Assembly (NCBI GenBank): GCA_963816185.1
Contig: CAWFJJ010000025.1
Coordinates: 1 to 64,000 of the forward strand
DNA length: 64,000 nucleotides
Reading direction: 5' to 3'
DNA from: Thermoanaerobaculia bacterium
GTDB lineage: Bacteria; Acidobacteriota; Thermoanaerobaculia; UBA5066
Within the stretch, counting starts at the first letter, position 1. Every line of letters starts with the position of its first letter. Position numbers and translations under genes: made by a program. The notes beneath the pieces were generated by a model. It saw only the letters and a list, made by a program, of their open reading frames with translations. It did not search any database and had not been told where the DNA came from. Of this stretch, positions 1 through 10,542 are shown piece after piece.

Positions 1-11
1 AGAATCGCGAT

Positions 12-1964
12 GTGGTTTGCTTTCGGGGTCGGACTCTCTTTCTGACCGAGGATGCCGGCCTGGTGGCGCGCCAGCTCGCGGGAGAGGATCTCGCTTGGAA
101 TCCCAACGACCCCGCGCAGAAGCTGCGCGACGACGTCTCGACCGACGAGATCACGCCCGGCTGGACCTGCTTCCACCACGACGCCGCGCTCGGGAGGTTC
201 GCGTACCTCGGCCTCACGTGCACCGGCGGCGTGCGGCCGGTCGGAGAGGAAGCGGTGCGCCGCGGAGGTTTCGCGATCTCCGTGGCCGGGCGGAGACGCG
301 GGAAAGGCTCGTCCCGCGAGCAGGCGCCGTACGCGGAGCGCGCGGCGGGAATCCGTCTCCTCGTGTCCGAGAGCTTCGAGCGCATCTACCGCCAGAACGC
401 GATCAATCTCGGAATGCTCGTGACGACGGATTTCTCGATCCTCGATCGCGTGCAGGAAGGCCGGGAGATCCCGCTCTCGTTCTTCACGGAAGGAGAGGAC
501 CCGATCACGCGGGGCGTGATCGAAGCGGGCGGGCTTCTTCCCTACACGCAGAGGCGTCTTGCGGGCCGCGAGGCGCCCCCGCCCGTTACGACCCCGCCGC
601 GTCGGATGACGCTCGTCGAGAAGATTCTCTCGCGCCATGTCGTGGCGGATCCGGCGGAAACGAACTCGGGCGTGCCCGCCGTCGAACCCGGCGATGCGTG
701 CTTCGTGCGGGCCGACCTGCGCTTCTCCCACGAATACGTCACGCCGATGGCAGCCGAATGCTTCGTGCATGCGCTGGGGAAGGGCGCGCGCGTGAAGGAT
801 CCCGGCTCGGTCCTTCTCTTTCGCGATCACCTGTCCCTCCTCGGCGAGGTCATGCCGGAGGAACGCAAGGCGCGCGGTCTCCTGACGCTCGCGGATTCCC
901 TCGCGACGCGGCAGGAAGAGTTCGCGGCCGCGCAGGGCATTCCTCTCCATGGTGCGGGCGAGGGCATCTGCCATTCCCTCGTCCTCGAGCGCCACGCCCT
1001 CCCCGGCCAGGTGGTCGCCGGGTCCGACTCGCACACGACGCACGCCGGGGCTCTCGGCTGCCTCGCGTTCGGCATCGGCACGACGGAGGTCGCGTGCGCG
1101 TGGCTCTCGGGCGACGTGCGCGTGAAGGTCCCGCCCACGATCCGCGTCGTCCTCAAAGGCACGCGATCGCCCGGCGTCGCAGCGAAGGACATCATGCTCG
1201 CCCTTCTCGCGCACCCGTACGTGAAGGGCGGCGGCGCGATCGGAAAAGTGCTCGAGTACACAGGCGAAGCGGTAACCGCCCTCTCCGTGGACGAGCGCGC
1301 CACGCTCACGAATATGGCGGCCGAAGCCGGGGCGTTCTCGGGCATCGTGGCGCCCGACGAGACGACGGCGCGCTTTCTCTTCGAGCGGCGGGGAATGCCG
1401 CTCGAAGAGGCCCGAGACGCCTGCGAAAGGCTCGCCTCCGACGAGGGCGCCGTGTTCGATTCGGAGCTGGTCTTCGACATCGGCGCGCTCGCGCCGCTCG
1501 TGGCGCTGCCCGGCGATCCGGGGAACGGCGTCAGGATCTCGGACTTCCCGGCCCCGGTCTCCATCGACATCGCCTACGCCGGTTCCTGCACGGCCGGCAA
1601 GCGCGAGGACATGGAGATGCTGGCGGCCGTCCTCTCGGAGGGCCTCGCGCGAGGGAAGCGTGTCGCGCCGGGAGTCGCCTTCTACATTCAGTTCGGCAGC
1701 CGCGACGTGAAGGAGTGGTGCCGCGAGAAGGGATACCTCGACCTCTTCACGCGCGCGGGCGCGCGCCTCGTCGAGCCCGGCTGCGGCGCCTGCATCAACG
1801 CCGGGCCGGGCGTCTCGACGCGAGACGGGGAGGTCACGGTGAGCGCCATCAACCGCAATTTTCCCGGCCGAAGCGGGCCGGGACGCGTCTATCTCGGAAG
1901 CCCGTACGTCGTCGCCGCTTCGGCCCTCGCGGGCAGGATCGCCGCATGGAACCCCGGCGCCTGA
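12..1964 (+). CDS. Aconitase-family hydratase: N-terminal LeuD-like swivel domain fused to LeuC-like 4Fe-4S domain (may start before the window)
   Basis: Swivel motifs DDVSTDEITPG, GSSREQA, FERIYRQNAINLG; large-subunit motifs GEGICH, GSDSHT, GSCT, PGCGACI, NRNFPGR; frame open to the window edge. Confidence 0.85.
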   Translation: MVCFRGRTLFLTEDAGLVARQLAGEDLAWNPNDPAQKLRDDVSTDEITPGWTCFHHDAALGRFAYLGLTCTGGVRPVGEEAVRRGGFAISVAGRRRGKGSSREQAPYAERAAGIRLLVSESFERIYRQNAINLGMLVTTDFSILDRVQEGREIPLSFFTEGEDPITRGVIEAGGLLPYTQRRLAGREAPPPVTTPPRRMTLVEKILSRHVVADPAETNSGVPAVEPGDACFVRADLRFSHEYVTPMAAECFVHALGKGARVKDPGSVLLFRDHLSLLGEVMPEERKARGLLTLADSLATRQEEFAAAQGIPLHGAGEGICHSLVLERHALPGQVVAGSDSHTTHAGALGCLAFGIGTTEVACAWLSGDVRVKVPPTIRVVLKGTRSPGVAAKDIMLALLAHPYVKGGGAIGKVLEYTGEAVTALSVDERATLTNMAAEAGAFSGIVAPDETTARFLFERRGMPLEEARDACERLASDEGAVFDSELVFDIGALAPLVALPGDPGNGVRISDFPAPVSIDIAYAGSCTAGKREDMEMLAAVLSEGLARGKRVAPGVAFYIQFGSRDVKEWCREKGYLDLFTRAGARLVEPGCGACINAGPGVSTRDGEVTVSAINRNFPGRSGPGRVYLGSPYVVAASALAGRIAAWNPGA

Positions 1965-2443
1965 GGCCGCTCGCGCTGCTCGGGGCGGCGATGCTCGCGA
2001 CGGGCTGCCGCTTCGCGTGGAATCTGTGGGCGCGCGGAGATCTCGAGCGTGACGTGAAGAGCCTCATGGCCCGTCAGGGCGTGATGCTCTCGAGCGTGAA
2101 ATGCCACATGTTCGGCACGCTGCGGGCGGGGGCGTGCACATTTCCCCTTTCCGCCGACGAGACGACCCGGATCGTGCAGGGCCTGAGGCTGCGCGTCCTG
2201 ACGCCGACAGAGAACATCCGCGAGTTTCGCAGCGGGTGCTCGCAGACGCCTCCTTACGACACAGGATTCGTGCGCGCGTTCCGATCGGGCGCGTTCCGCC
2301 CGGCCGAGCTGAGGCTCCGCGACGGCGGCGGGTTCGACTACGTGTACCTGTACCAGCACCCGACGTCCGGCACCGCGTGCCTGCAGACCTCCTACACGAT
2401 GGAAGGCGCCGTCGGAACCGCGGCGTCCCCGATCACGAACTGA
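1946..2443 (+). CDS. Hypothetical lipoprotein
   Basis: ATG 1946 overlapping the upstream gene end; MEPRRLRPLALLGAAMLATGC signal with lipobox-like LATGC. Confidence 0.6.
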   Translation: MEPRRLRPLALLGAAMLATGCRFAWNLWARGDLERDVKSLMARQGVMLSSVKCHMFGTLRAGACTFPLSADETTRIVQGLRLRVLTPTENIREFRSGCSQTPPYDTGFVRAFRSGAFRPAELRLRDGGGFDYVYLYQHPTSGTACLQTSYTMEGAVGTAASPITN

Positions 2444-2452
2444 CACGAAGCA

Positions 2453-4425
2453 CTACTTGCCGACGACCTTCACGGCCGCCGTCGAGCCGGGAATTCTGTC
2501 TCCCTCCATCGGCTCGAAGCGCCCGCCGAGGCAGCCCGCGAGGAACTTCTCGGATCGGGCGTTGAAGTCGATCCGGTTCTCGGGACGCGCAAAGCCGTGG
2601 CCTTCGTCGGAGTAGACGACGTACGTCACATTGCCCTTGTTCTTCTCGATCGCGTCGACGATCTGCTCGGACTCTTTCACGTTCACGCGCGGGTCGTTCG
2701 CGCCCTGGCCGATCAGTAGCGGCCGGACGATCTTGTCGGCCTTGAAGAGCGGCGACGCGTTCCTGATGAGCACCGCGTCCTTCGGGTCGTCCACGTTCCC
2801 GATTCGGACGTCCATCGTGGAGCGCTCGGCTTCCAGTAAGGTGGAATCGAGGCGATCAGAGTCTTGAGGTTGGACGGGCCGACGATGTCCACGTTGCACG
2901 CGAACGTGTCCGGCGTGAACGTGGCCGCGGCGAGGGCAGCGTAGCCCCCGTACGAGCCGCCGAAGACGGCGATCTTCTTCGGGTCCGCGTAGCCCTGCGC
3001 GACGGCCCATTTCGCGGCGTCGATCAGGTCGTCGTGCATCTTGAGGCCCCACTGCCGGTTTCCCGCGTTGAGGAACTTCTTGCCGTAGCCGGTCGAGCCC
3101 CGGTAATTGGGTTGCAGGACGGCATAGCCTCGATTCGCGAACCACTGTGCGTAGGAGCTGTAGCCCCATGTGTCGCGCGCCCAGGGTCCGCCATGGACGA
3201 ACAGGACCATCGGGAGGTTTTTCGGCGGCACGCCGACGGGGAGAGTGAGATAGGAGTTCAGATTCAGCCCGTCGCGACTCTTGATGACGACGGGTTTCAT
3301 CTCGGCGAGGGCGAGGCCCTCGAGTTTGGGCTGCACCGAGAAGAGAACCGTCCCCTTTTTTGCCGCGCGGTCCCACTTGTACCAGGTGACCGGGCCGCGG
3401 TCCGATGTGAAGCCGATGAGCCACGCGTCGTCTTTCGATGTGCGGTTCACGATCGTGAAATCGCCCGCATGGAGCTTCGGGATGGCATCGAAATCCGCCT
3501 GAACAGACGGGTCGAGCACCTTCCACGAGGCCCGCCCCGGAGCGAAGGACACGGCCTGCACGACGTGCGTCTTCGGCTGAATCACGACCGGGCCCGCGTC
3601 GACCTCGGGCGAGACGGCGAGCACCTTCTCGGCGCCCGTCGCAAGATTTCGTTCGACGAGGCGCGCCGTGTCGTTGCCGATGGAGCTCAAGAGGAACACG
3701 GACTTGCCGTCGAGCGAAAAGTCCTCGAATTCGAGGATTTCGTCGGGTCCGACCTTGAGAAGCGTCTTCCACGGTGACTTGACGTCGTCGCGCACGCGGA
3801 TCTCGGTGCCGCCGTCGGGCGTCTGCGCCTGCGCGGCGCGCACCTGGAACTTCGAGTCAGCCCCCCAGGCGATGACGTCGCCGGGGTTCTGCGTGTCCAG
3901 GACGAGCGCTCCCGTCTTCAGGTTCAGCCGGTGGACATCGAAGAGTTCCCGGTTCCTCAGGTTCATCGCGACCAGGATCTCGTCGGGGAAGCCGGGATCG
4001 GTCGCGACCAGGTTCGCCTGCACGCCCTGGAACGGCGTGTAGTCGCGGACGTTTCCTGAATCCAGGTCGACGCCGTACCCATGCCAATTCTCGTCCCCGT
4101 CGGCATCCTGGGCGTAGAGCACCGTCTTGTTGTCCTCGGCCCAGAAGTACTGGCGGATGCCGCGCTTCTTGTCCGCCGTGATCATCTTGTCGTCGTCCTT
4201 GCCGACGGTCTTGACCCAGACCTGCAGGACATTCTTCTTGTCCGGCGCGAGCCACGCCAGGCGCTCCCCGTCGGGCGAGAGTTTCGGACTCGCCCGCTCA
4301 GGGTTGCCGAACAGGATGTCTCGGGAGATGAGCGGCGGGAGCTGGGCGGAAAGGGGGCAGAAGGGAATGAGGAGCGCAAGCGTGACCGCGGCGCGTACGC
4401 ACCTCGAAAACGGCGTTTTGGGCAT
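2453..4425 (-). pseudogene. S9 family peptidase (beta-propeller plus alpha/beta hydrolase) with one frameshift near 2826; may be a sequencing error
   Basis: HGGPW, NYRGSTGYG and GGSYGG in ORF 2713..4449; catalytic Asp (GANDPRV) and His (EGHGF) in a different frame ending at 2453; N-terminal signal peptide. Confidence 0.85.
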
Positions 4426-4560
4426 TGAAGAGAAGCCTCCTTCTCCCACATTACGTCGAATGGCCCCCTCGTGTTCTGTCTCCCTTCGTAAGGTGAGGAA
4501 CCTTCCCGGCTTCGTGACGTACTGCTAGGGAAATCGGGCTCCGCCCGGGAGGCTTCGGAC

Positions 4561-5682
4561 ATGGGCAAGCTGTTGAAAACCCTGGTCGCGCTCGTCGTTC
4601 TCGCAGGGGCCGCCACCGGCCTCTACGCCTTCAGCCGCGGGGGAAAAAAGGCGGACGGCGGTTTGAAGCTCGTCGACGCGCAGCTCGGCTCGATCACCGA
4701 GAAAGCCGTCGCGGTCGGCCAGATCCAGCCGCGCCAGAAGTTCTCGGTGAAATCCAAGATCTCGGGCATCGTGAAGATCTGCCGCGTCGAGGTGGGCGAC
4801 CGCGTGAAAGCGGGCGATCCCCTTTTCGAGATCGGCCCCGACCCCACGCCTCTCGAGCTCACCGAGGTGGACCGCGCCGTCGAGTCGGCCCGCGCGACCT
4901 TCCAGCGCGCGCAGCTCGAACTCGAGCGGTCCCAGGAGCTCTTCCGGCAGGGAATCAACCCCAAGTCGGACGTAGACCAGAGGCGCGAGAACTTCGAGCT
5001 CGCGAAGGTCGCCCTCAACAAGGCGGAGCAGGACCGCGCTCTGACGCGTGAGGGCCGCCTGGCGAGAACCGAGACGACGGGGCTCGAGTCGCTCATCCGG
5101 GCGCCGGCTGCCGGGACGATCCTGACCAGGCTCGTGAACCCCGGCGACCCGGTCGTCCCGTTGACCTCGTACCAGCCGGGCACCGAGCTGGCGACGGTCG
5201 CCGACATGGGGGACCTCATCTTCAAGGGGACCGTGGACGAGATCGACGTCGGCAAACTCCACGTGGACCTCCCGGCGCGGATCATGGTCGGAGCGCTCCC
5301 CACGGACGTCGTGACGGGCAAGGTCTCCCGCATCGCTCCGCAGGCGCAGCAGAAGGAAGGAGCGACGCTCTTCGACGTCGAGATCGAGCTCGAGCGCAAG
5401 GAGGGCGGCCCCACGCTCCGCGCCGGGTATTCCGCGAACGCGGACCTCATCATCCGCGAGAAGAAGGACATCCTCACGATCCCCGAGCGCCTCGTCCTCT
5501 ACGAAGACGGCGGCAAGAAGACTTTCGTCGAGATCCCGGACGAGAAGGCCAAAGGCAGCAAGGTCGAGCCGAAGAAGGTCGCGGTGAAGCTCGGGATCTC
5601 GGATGGCATGAACGTCGAGGTGATCTCGGGCCTCAACAAGGGCGACAAAGTGGTTCAGAGACCGCCGAAGGAAATTTCCTAG
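4561..5682 (+). CDS. MacA-like periplasmic adaptor (membrane fusion protein)
   Basis: N-terminal TM, VKSKISG/VEVGDRVKAG lipoyl half, coiled coil, IRAPAAG, GISDG...EVISGL; upstream of ABC permeases. Confidence 0.9.
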   Translation: MGKLLKTLVALVVLAGAATGLYAFSRGGKKADGGLKLVDAQLGSITEKAVAVGQIQPRQKFSVKSKISGIVKICRVEVGDRVKAGDPLFEIGPDPTPLELTEVDRAVESARATFQRAQLELERSQELFRQGINPKSDVDQRRENFELAKVALNKAEQDRALTREGRLARTETTGLESLIRAPAAGTILTRLVNPGDPVVPLTSYQPGTELATVADMGDLIFKGTVDEIDVGKLHVDLPARIMVGALPTDVVTGKVSRIAPQAQQKEGATLFDVEIELERKEGGPTLRAGYSANADLIIREKKDILTIPERLVLYEDGGKKTFVEIPDEKAKGSKVEPKKVAVKLGISDGMNVEVISGLNKGDKVVQRPPKEIS

Positions 5683-5822
5683 TAAGAGCAAGAGAAGAGG
5701 AAGAGAAGATTTCTTAGAAGGGTGTGTGAGGGCAGCGCGCGGGGGCGGCCACGGCGGTTTTGGAATGCTCCGACCCGCATTCACCTTCTAGGAGAATTTG
5801 CAGACCGTGACGAGATAGCGAA

Positions 5823-7058
5823 ATGGCCACATTGAAGGAAGTGTTTCGCCAGCTCCTCCGCGACGTGCGCAGCCAGAAGCTGCGGACGTTCCTGACCGTG
5901 TTCGGGATCGTGTGGGGGACCGTCGCCGTCACGCTCCTCCTCGCGTTCGGCACGGGCCTCAAGAAGCAGCTCGTCAAGACCACCGCCGGGCTCGGGGACC
6001 GGATCTGCATCGCGTGGCCCGGGCTCACGTCGGTCCCCTACCAGGGCCTCGGGAAGGGCCGGAAGATCCGGCTCAACGAAGAGGACGTCGAGGCGATCCG
6101 GCGGGAAGCCGAGGGTCTCGCGGGCATCTCGAGCGAATACTCGACGTCCATGAAGCTGCACCTCGACACGAAGACGTGGCCCGTGGACGTCTCCGGCGTC
6201 TCGCCGGAGTTCGGGCGCATGCGGAACCTGATCCCGGGCGCGGGCGGCCGCTTCATCGACCCCGTCGACATGGCCGAGCGGCGCCGGGTCGTCTTCCTCG
6301 GCGACAAGCTCGCCGCGAACGTCTTCGGCAAGGCCGACGAGGCGGTCGGAAAGACCGTCATGCTCGGGAGCTCGCCGTTCCTCGTGATCGGCGTCCTGAA
6401 GACGAAAACTCAGGATTCGAGCTACAGCGGCCGCGACAACGACAAGGCGTCGATCCCCGGGACGACGTACCGCGCCCTCACAGGCGAGAAATACGTCGAC
6501 AACCTCATCTACCAGGCGTCGTCGACGTTCGACACCGAGCCCCTGACGAAGCGCATTCTGGAGATTCTCGGGAAGCGCCAGAAGTTCGACCCGAAGGACA
6601 AGGAAGCTCTCTCGGTGTGGGACACGACGGGCCAGTTCAAGTTCTTCGACACGTTCATGCTCGCGTTCACGGGCTTTCTCGGCATCGTGGGCTCTCTCAC
6701 GCTCGTCGTGGGGGGCATCGGCGTCTCGAACATCATGAACGTCGTCGTCGAGGAGCGGACGAAGGAGATCGGGATCAAGATGGCGCTCGGGGCGAAGCAG
6801 CGCTTCATCCTCACCCAGTTCCTGCTCGAGACGCTCCTCGTCACGGCGGTCGGCGGCCTCGTCGGCTTCGCGATCTCGCTCGGGATCTGTGCCGCCTTCC
6901 CGAAGCTCGGCTTCACGGACTCCGTCGGCATCCCCGAAGTGTCGCCTCTCGTCGCGGCGATCACGATCGGGATCCTGGGGCTCATCGGTCTTCTCGCCGG
7001 GTGGTTTCCGGCTCGCGAGGCGTCACGGCTGGATCCGGTCGTGGCGATGAAGCTGTGA
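5823..7058 (+). CDS. MacB/FtsX-family ABC permease
   Basis: LRTFLTVFGIVWG, GGIGVSNIM, ERTKEIGIKMALGA, ASRLDPV. Confidence 0.92.
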   Translation: MATLKEVFRQLLRDVRSQKLRTFLTVFGIVWGTVAVTLLLAFGTGLKKQLVKTTAGLGDRICIAWPGLTSVPYQGLGKGRKIRLNEEDVEAIRREAEGLAGISSEYSTSMKLHLDTKTWPVDVSGVSPEFGRMRNLIPGAGGRFIDPVDMAERRRVVFLGDKLAANVFGKADEAVGKTVMLGSSPFLVIGVLKTKTQDSSYSGRDNDKASIPGTTYRALTGEKYVDNLIYQASSTFDTEPLTKRILEILGKRQKFDPKDKEALSVWDTTGQFKFFDTFMLAFTGFLGIVGSLTLVVGGIGVSNIMNVVVEERTKEIGIKMALGAKQRFILTQFLLETLLVTAVGGLVGFAISLGICAAFPKLGFTDSVGIPEVSPLVAAITIGILGLIGLLAGWFPAREASRLDPVVAMKL

Positions 7059-8317
7059 CGGGCGGCCGGACCCTTCCAGTCGTCCTGACCCTCTTCGCGC
7101 AGTCGTCTCGGCTCGCGAAGAAGCGCGCGACCCTGACGATCGCCGCGATTGCCTGGGGCACGGTCGCGATCCTCCTCCTCCTCTCGTTCGGCGAAGGCCT
7201 CAAGCGGCGCATGGACGTCAACCGCCGCTCCACGGGCGAGAACCTCGCCGTCATGTGGCCGAACGAGACGTCGAAACCCTGGAAAGGGATGAACCCGGGG
7301 CGGCCGATCCGCCTCACGACGGACGACGTCGCCTTCGTTTCGGAACGAATGCCGGAGCTGAAGGCCGTGATCGGCGAGGTCGTCTCGTGGCGCACGGCGC
7401 TCACGTACGGCCGCAAGACCGTCAACGGACGCGTCCTCGGGACCAACGTCGTCTATGGCGAGGCGCGCAAGCACTACCCCATGGCCGGCGGCCGTTGGCT
7501 CACGGAGGCAGACGAGACCGAGAAACGCCGGGTCATGTTCCTCGGCGACGAGATGGCGAAGGACATCTTCGGCACGGAGGACCCCGTGGGGAAGACGCTT
7601 CTCGTGAACAACTCGCCCTTCACCGTCATCGGCGTCATGCAGCACAAGACCCAGATGGGCGTCTACGGCGGGCCGGACCAGAACCACGCCGTGATCCCGT
7701 GGACGACGTTCAAGGCTCTCTTCGGCCGCGACCGGCTGAACGTCCTCGTCATCCAGTCACGAACGCCCGAGGAGATGGCGGGAGCGCTCCGCCGGTTGAA
7801 CGAGATTCTCGGCGCCAAGTATGGCTACGACCCGACGGACGAGCGCGCCCTCTCGACGTGGAACATCGTGAAGACCTCGAAGCAGGGCCGGAACATGATC
7901 GTCGGGATCCAGATGTTCCTCGGGCTCATCGGCGCGCTGACGCTCCTGATCGGCGGCGTCGGCGTCGCGAACATCATGTACGCCGTCGTCAAGGAGAGGA
8001 CGCGCGAGATCGGCGTCAAGATGGCGCTCGGAGCGAAAGCGCGGTGGATCACGTGGCCGTTCGTCCTCGAGGGCCTCCTCTACACGCTCGTCGGCGGCGT
8101 CGCCGGAATGACGATCGCGACGCTCATCGTGACGGGCCTCGGCCTCATCCCGGACGAGGCGAATCGCGTTCTCGCGTTCCTCGGGCGCCCGACGCTCTCG
8201 CCCGCCATCGCGGCCACGACCGCCGGCATCCTCGGCGCGATCGGCCTCGCGGCGGGGTATTTCCCCGCGCGGCGCGCCGCCGCGATCGACCCCGCGGCCA
8301 CGCTGCGCTACGAGTAG
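7055..8317 (+). CDS. MacB/FtsX-family ABC permease (second subunit)
   Basis: GTG overlapping the previous TGA; GGVGVANIM, ERTREIGVKMALGA, PARRAAAIDP. Confidence 0.9.
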   Translation: MTGGRTLPVVLTLFAQSSRLAKKRATLTIAAIAWGTVAILLLLSFGEGLKRRMDVNRRSTGENLAVMWPNETSKPWKGMNPGRPIRLTTDDVAFVSERMPELKAVIGEVVSWRTALTYGRKTVNGRVLGTNVVYGEARKHYPMAGGRWLTEADETEKRRVMFLGDEMAKDIFGTEDPVGKTLLVNNSPFTVIGVMQHKTQMGVYGGPDQNHAVIPWTTFKALFGRDRLNVLVIQSRTPEEMAGALRRLNEILGAKYGYDPTDERALSTWNIVKTSKQGRNMIVGIQMFLGLIGALTLLIGGVGVANIMYAVVKERTREIGVKMALGAKARWITWPFVLEGLLYTLVGGVAGMTIATLIVTGLGLIPDEANRVLAFLGRPTLSPAIAATTAGILGAIGLAAGYFPARRAAAIDPAATLRYE

Positions 8318-8333
8318 AAAAGAAGGAGACGGC

Positions 8334-9059
8334 ATGTCCCGGAACCACGAAGCCCCCCGATCCGCCTCGGACGACATCATCGTGATGGACGGGATTCGCA
8401 AGGTCTACGACACCGGGAAGGTGAAGGTCGAGGCGCTGAAGGGCGTGAGCTTCACGGTGAAGAAGGGCGAGTTCGTCGCGATCGTGGGGCCGTCCGGGTC
8501 CGGCAAGTCGACGCTCATGAACCTCCTCGGCTGCCTCGACACGCCCACGAGCGGCGCGTACGAGCTCGGCGGCGAGAGGGTGGCGGGTCTTTCGCGCGAC
8601 GCGCTCGCGGACGTGAGGAACCGCCGCGTGGGCTTCGTTTTTCAGAACTTCAACCTCCTGCCGCAGATCTCCGCCCAGGAGAACGTCGAGATGCCGATGC
8701 TCTTCGGCGGGGTGCCCCCGAAGATGCGGCGCGCGCGCGCCGCGGAGCTGCTCTCGAAGGTCGGCCTCGGAGACCGGCTCGATCACAAGCCGACAGAGCT
8801 TTCGGGCGGGCAGATGCAGCGCGTCGCGGTCGCGCGGGCCCTCGCGATGACGCCCGACATGCTGCTTGCGGACGAGCCCACGGGCAACCTCGACTCGACG
8901 TCGGGCGGCGACATCATGGGTCTCTTCACGGAGCTGTGGCGCGCCGGTGGCACGGTCATCGTCATCACGCACGACATGAGCCTCGCGCGACGGGCAGGCC
9001 GCGTCATCGAGGTACACGACGGGCGGATCCTGAAGGACTCGGCGAGCGAAGCGGCCTGA
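8334..9059 (+). CDS. LolD/MacB-type ABC ATPase
   Basis: GPSGSGKST, LSGGQMQR, LLADEPTGNLD, ITHD; AAGGAG RBS. Confidence 0.95.
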   Translation: MSRNHEAPRSASDDIIVMDGIRKVYDTGKVKVEALKGVSFTVKKGEFVAIVGPSGSGKSTLMNLLGCLDTPTSGAYELGGERVAGLSRDALADVRNRRVGFVFQNFNLLPQISAQENVEMPMLFGGVPPKMRRARAAELLSKVGLGDRLDHKPTELSGGQMQRVAVARALAMTPDMLLADEPTGNLDSTSGGDIMGLFTELWRAGGTVIVITHDMSLARRAGRVIEVHDGRILKDSASEAA

Positions 9060-9084
9060 GCCGGTCCGAAAGAAGCGGAGTCGC

Positions 9085-9657
9085 TTACTTCTTGGGAGCC
9101 TTTCCGGCCCTGTGGCAGGTCTCCTCGTCTCCGGCCATCCACTTGCCGTCGGCTCCCTGCATTTCGCCCTTGTGCCTCATCTCGGTGGCGCTCACCTTCG
9201 TGAACGTGTCGCGCGCGCCCATTTTCTGCCCCCCCATGAGGCTGGTCCCCTCGAAGACGAGGGCGTCTCCCTTCCAGCCGGGCGTGGTCTGCGTGCACGA
9301 CGACCCGAAGTTATCGAAGCACATCGATTCGAACGTTTTCTGGGCCGAGTCGTAGCCGACGACCTGCAGGACGTGGTAAGGCATCGCGCTCGCGGCCGTC
9401 TTCGCCTCGTCGTAGTGGATGACGAGCCGAAAGCCGTCCAGAGCCATCTGCGCATGGGCAACACCCTGCGTTGCATGCTCGGGGCCCATGGGCGTGGCGA
9501 ACGACTTCCCGGAACAGTGCCAGGTGCCGTCGAGGTACGCGAGCTGGGACATCTCGGGGGCCGGCTTCGGCGGGCCCGCCAGCTTGTCCTCGGCCAGGAG
9601 TGACGGAGCGGCGGCGAGCGCGATCAGGGCGGCAGCCATGCGACACGCGTATTTCAT
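9085..9657 (-). CDS. Secreted DUF1579-like protein
   Basis: Signal peptide, PKPAPEM..L..L.GTW, GYD...K.F....FDNFG pattern; GGAGGAG RBS. Confidence 0.7.
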   Translation of the reverse strand: MKYACRMAAALIALAAAPSLLAEDKLAGPPKPAPEMSQLAYLDGTWHCSGKSFATPMGPEHATQGVAHAQMALDGFRLVIHYDEAKTAASAMPYHVLQVVGYDSAQKTFESMCFDNFGSSCTQTTPGWKGDALVFEGTSLMGGQKMGARDTFTKVSATEMRHKGEMQGADGKWMAGDEETCHRAGKAPKK

Positions 9658-9747
9658 GGGATCTCCTCCTTCGGGAGATCCTATATCGCCCTGCGACGGA
9701 ATCTCAAAACGGGGAAATCCGCGACGGGCGCGGGCGTCCCGGCTGCC

Positions 9748-10338
9748 TTACTTCCCGACCTCGAGCGTCTTGACGACGTTCTCGAGGCCGTTCTCGACGG
9801 CATCCTCCAGCGTGGAGCCCTTCGCCTTGTGGCGGATCTCGAAGATCGTCTTGCCCGACTTGTCCTTGGCGACGAGCTCCATCCCCACGCCTGGATTCGC
9901 CGCCCAGCCGCCCCACATGCGGGCGCCGCCGCTCGGCTCCCAGGCATTGAAGACATTCCCCTCGATCCGCAGGTCGCCACCGTCCTTCACGACCTCCCAG
10001 CCGAGCTTCTTGGACCTCTTGATCCACTGCTCCAGGTACTCGGGGCCCGACTCGGCCGCGTGCCTGGCGCGCGAGTGCTTGTTCGTGGTACCCCATGTCT
10101 TCAGCGAGACGGTCTTGAACGACTTGAGGTTGACGCCTTCGGTGAAGTAGACCCAGTCGGCCTCCTTCCCCTTCGTCAGCTTGTCGTAGTTTTTCAGGTA
10201 CTCCTGGGGCTCGTCGCGCTCCTTCGCATCGTCCGAATCGATGAACTTCTTGGAGCTGGCCGCGGCGGGAACGCTGACAGCGAGCGCGAAGAGCGAGGCG
10301 AGCGACAGCAGGGCGTAGCGGCGGGTAATCGTGTACAT
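9748..10338 (-). CDS. Secreted hypothetical protein (DUF4410-like)
   Basis: Signal peptide, GAGGAGG RBS, GSGGARMWGG-like motif (PSGGARMWGG). Confidence 0.6.
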   Translation of the reverse strand: MYTITRRYALLSLASLFALAVSVPAAASSKKFIDSDDAKERDEPQEYLKNYDKLTKGKEADWVYFTEGVNLKSFKTVSLKTWGTTNKHSRARHAAESGPEYLEQWIKRSKKLGWEVVKDGGDLRIEGNVFNAWEPSGGARMWGGWAANPGVGMELVAKDKSGKTIFEIRHKAKGSTLEDAVENGLENVVKTLEVGK

Positions 10339-10542
10339 GGTCGGACATCCTCCTCGTGATGGTTGTGGTTGCGCTGGCCGGGCGATTGTAGAGGCAACTC
10401 CGCGGTCGACGCCACCGCGAATGAAGTCTTCCGTGAGCGCCCGTTTTTGGAAAGCCTCTCAACGTCCTCGAGGGCGCGGCGCGGGCGATCGGCATTCACC
10501 CTATCTAAGAATCTTTGCAGGGGCGGTTCTCCGGCTGCTAAG

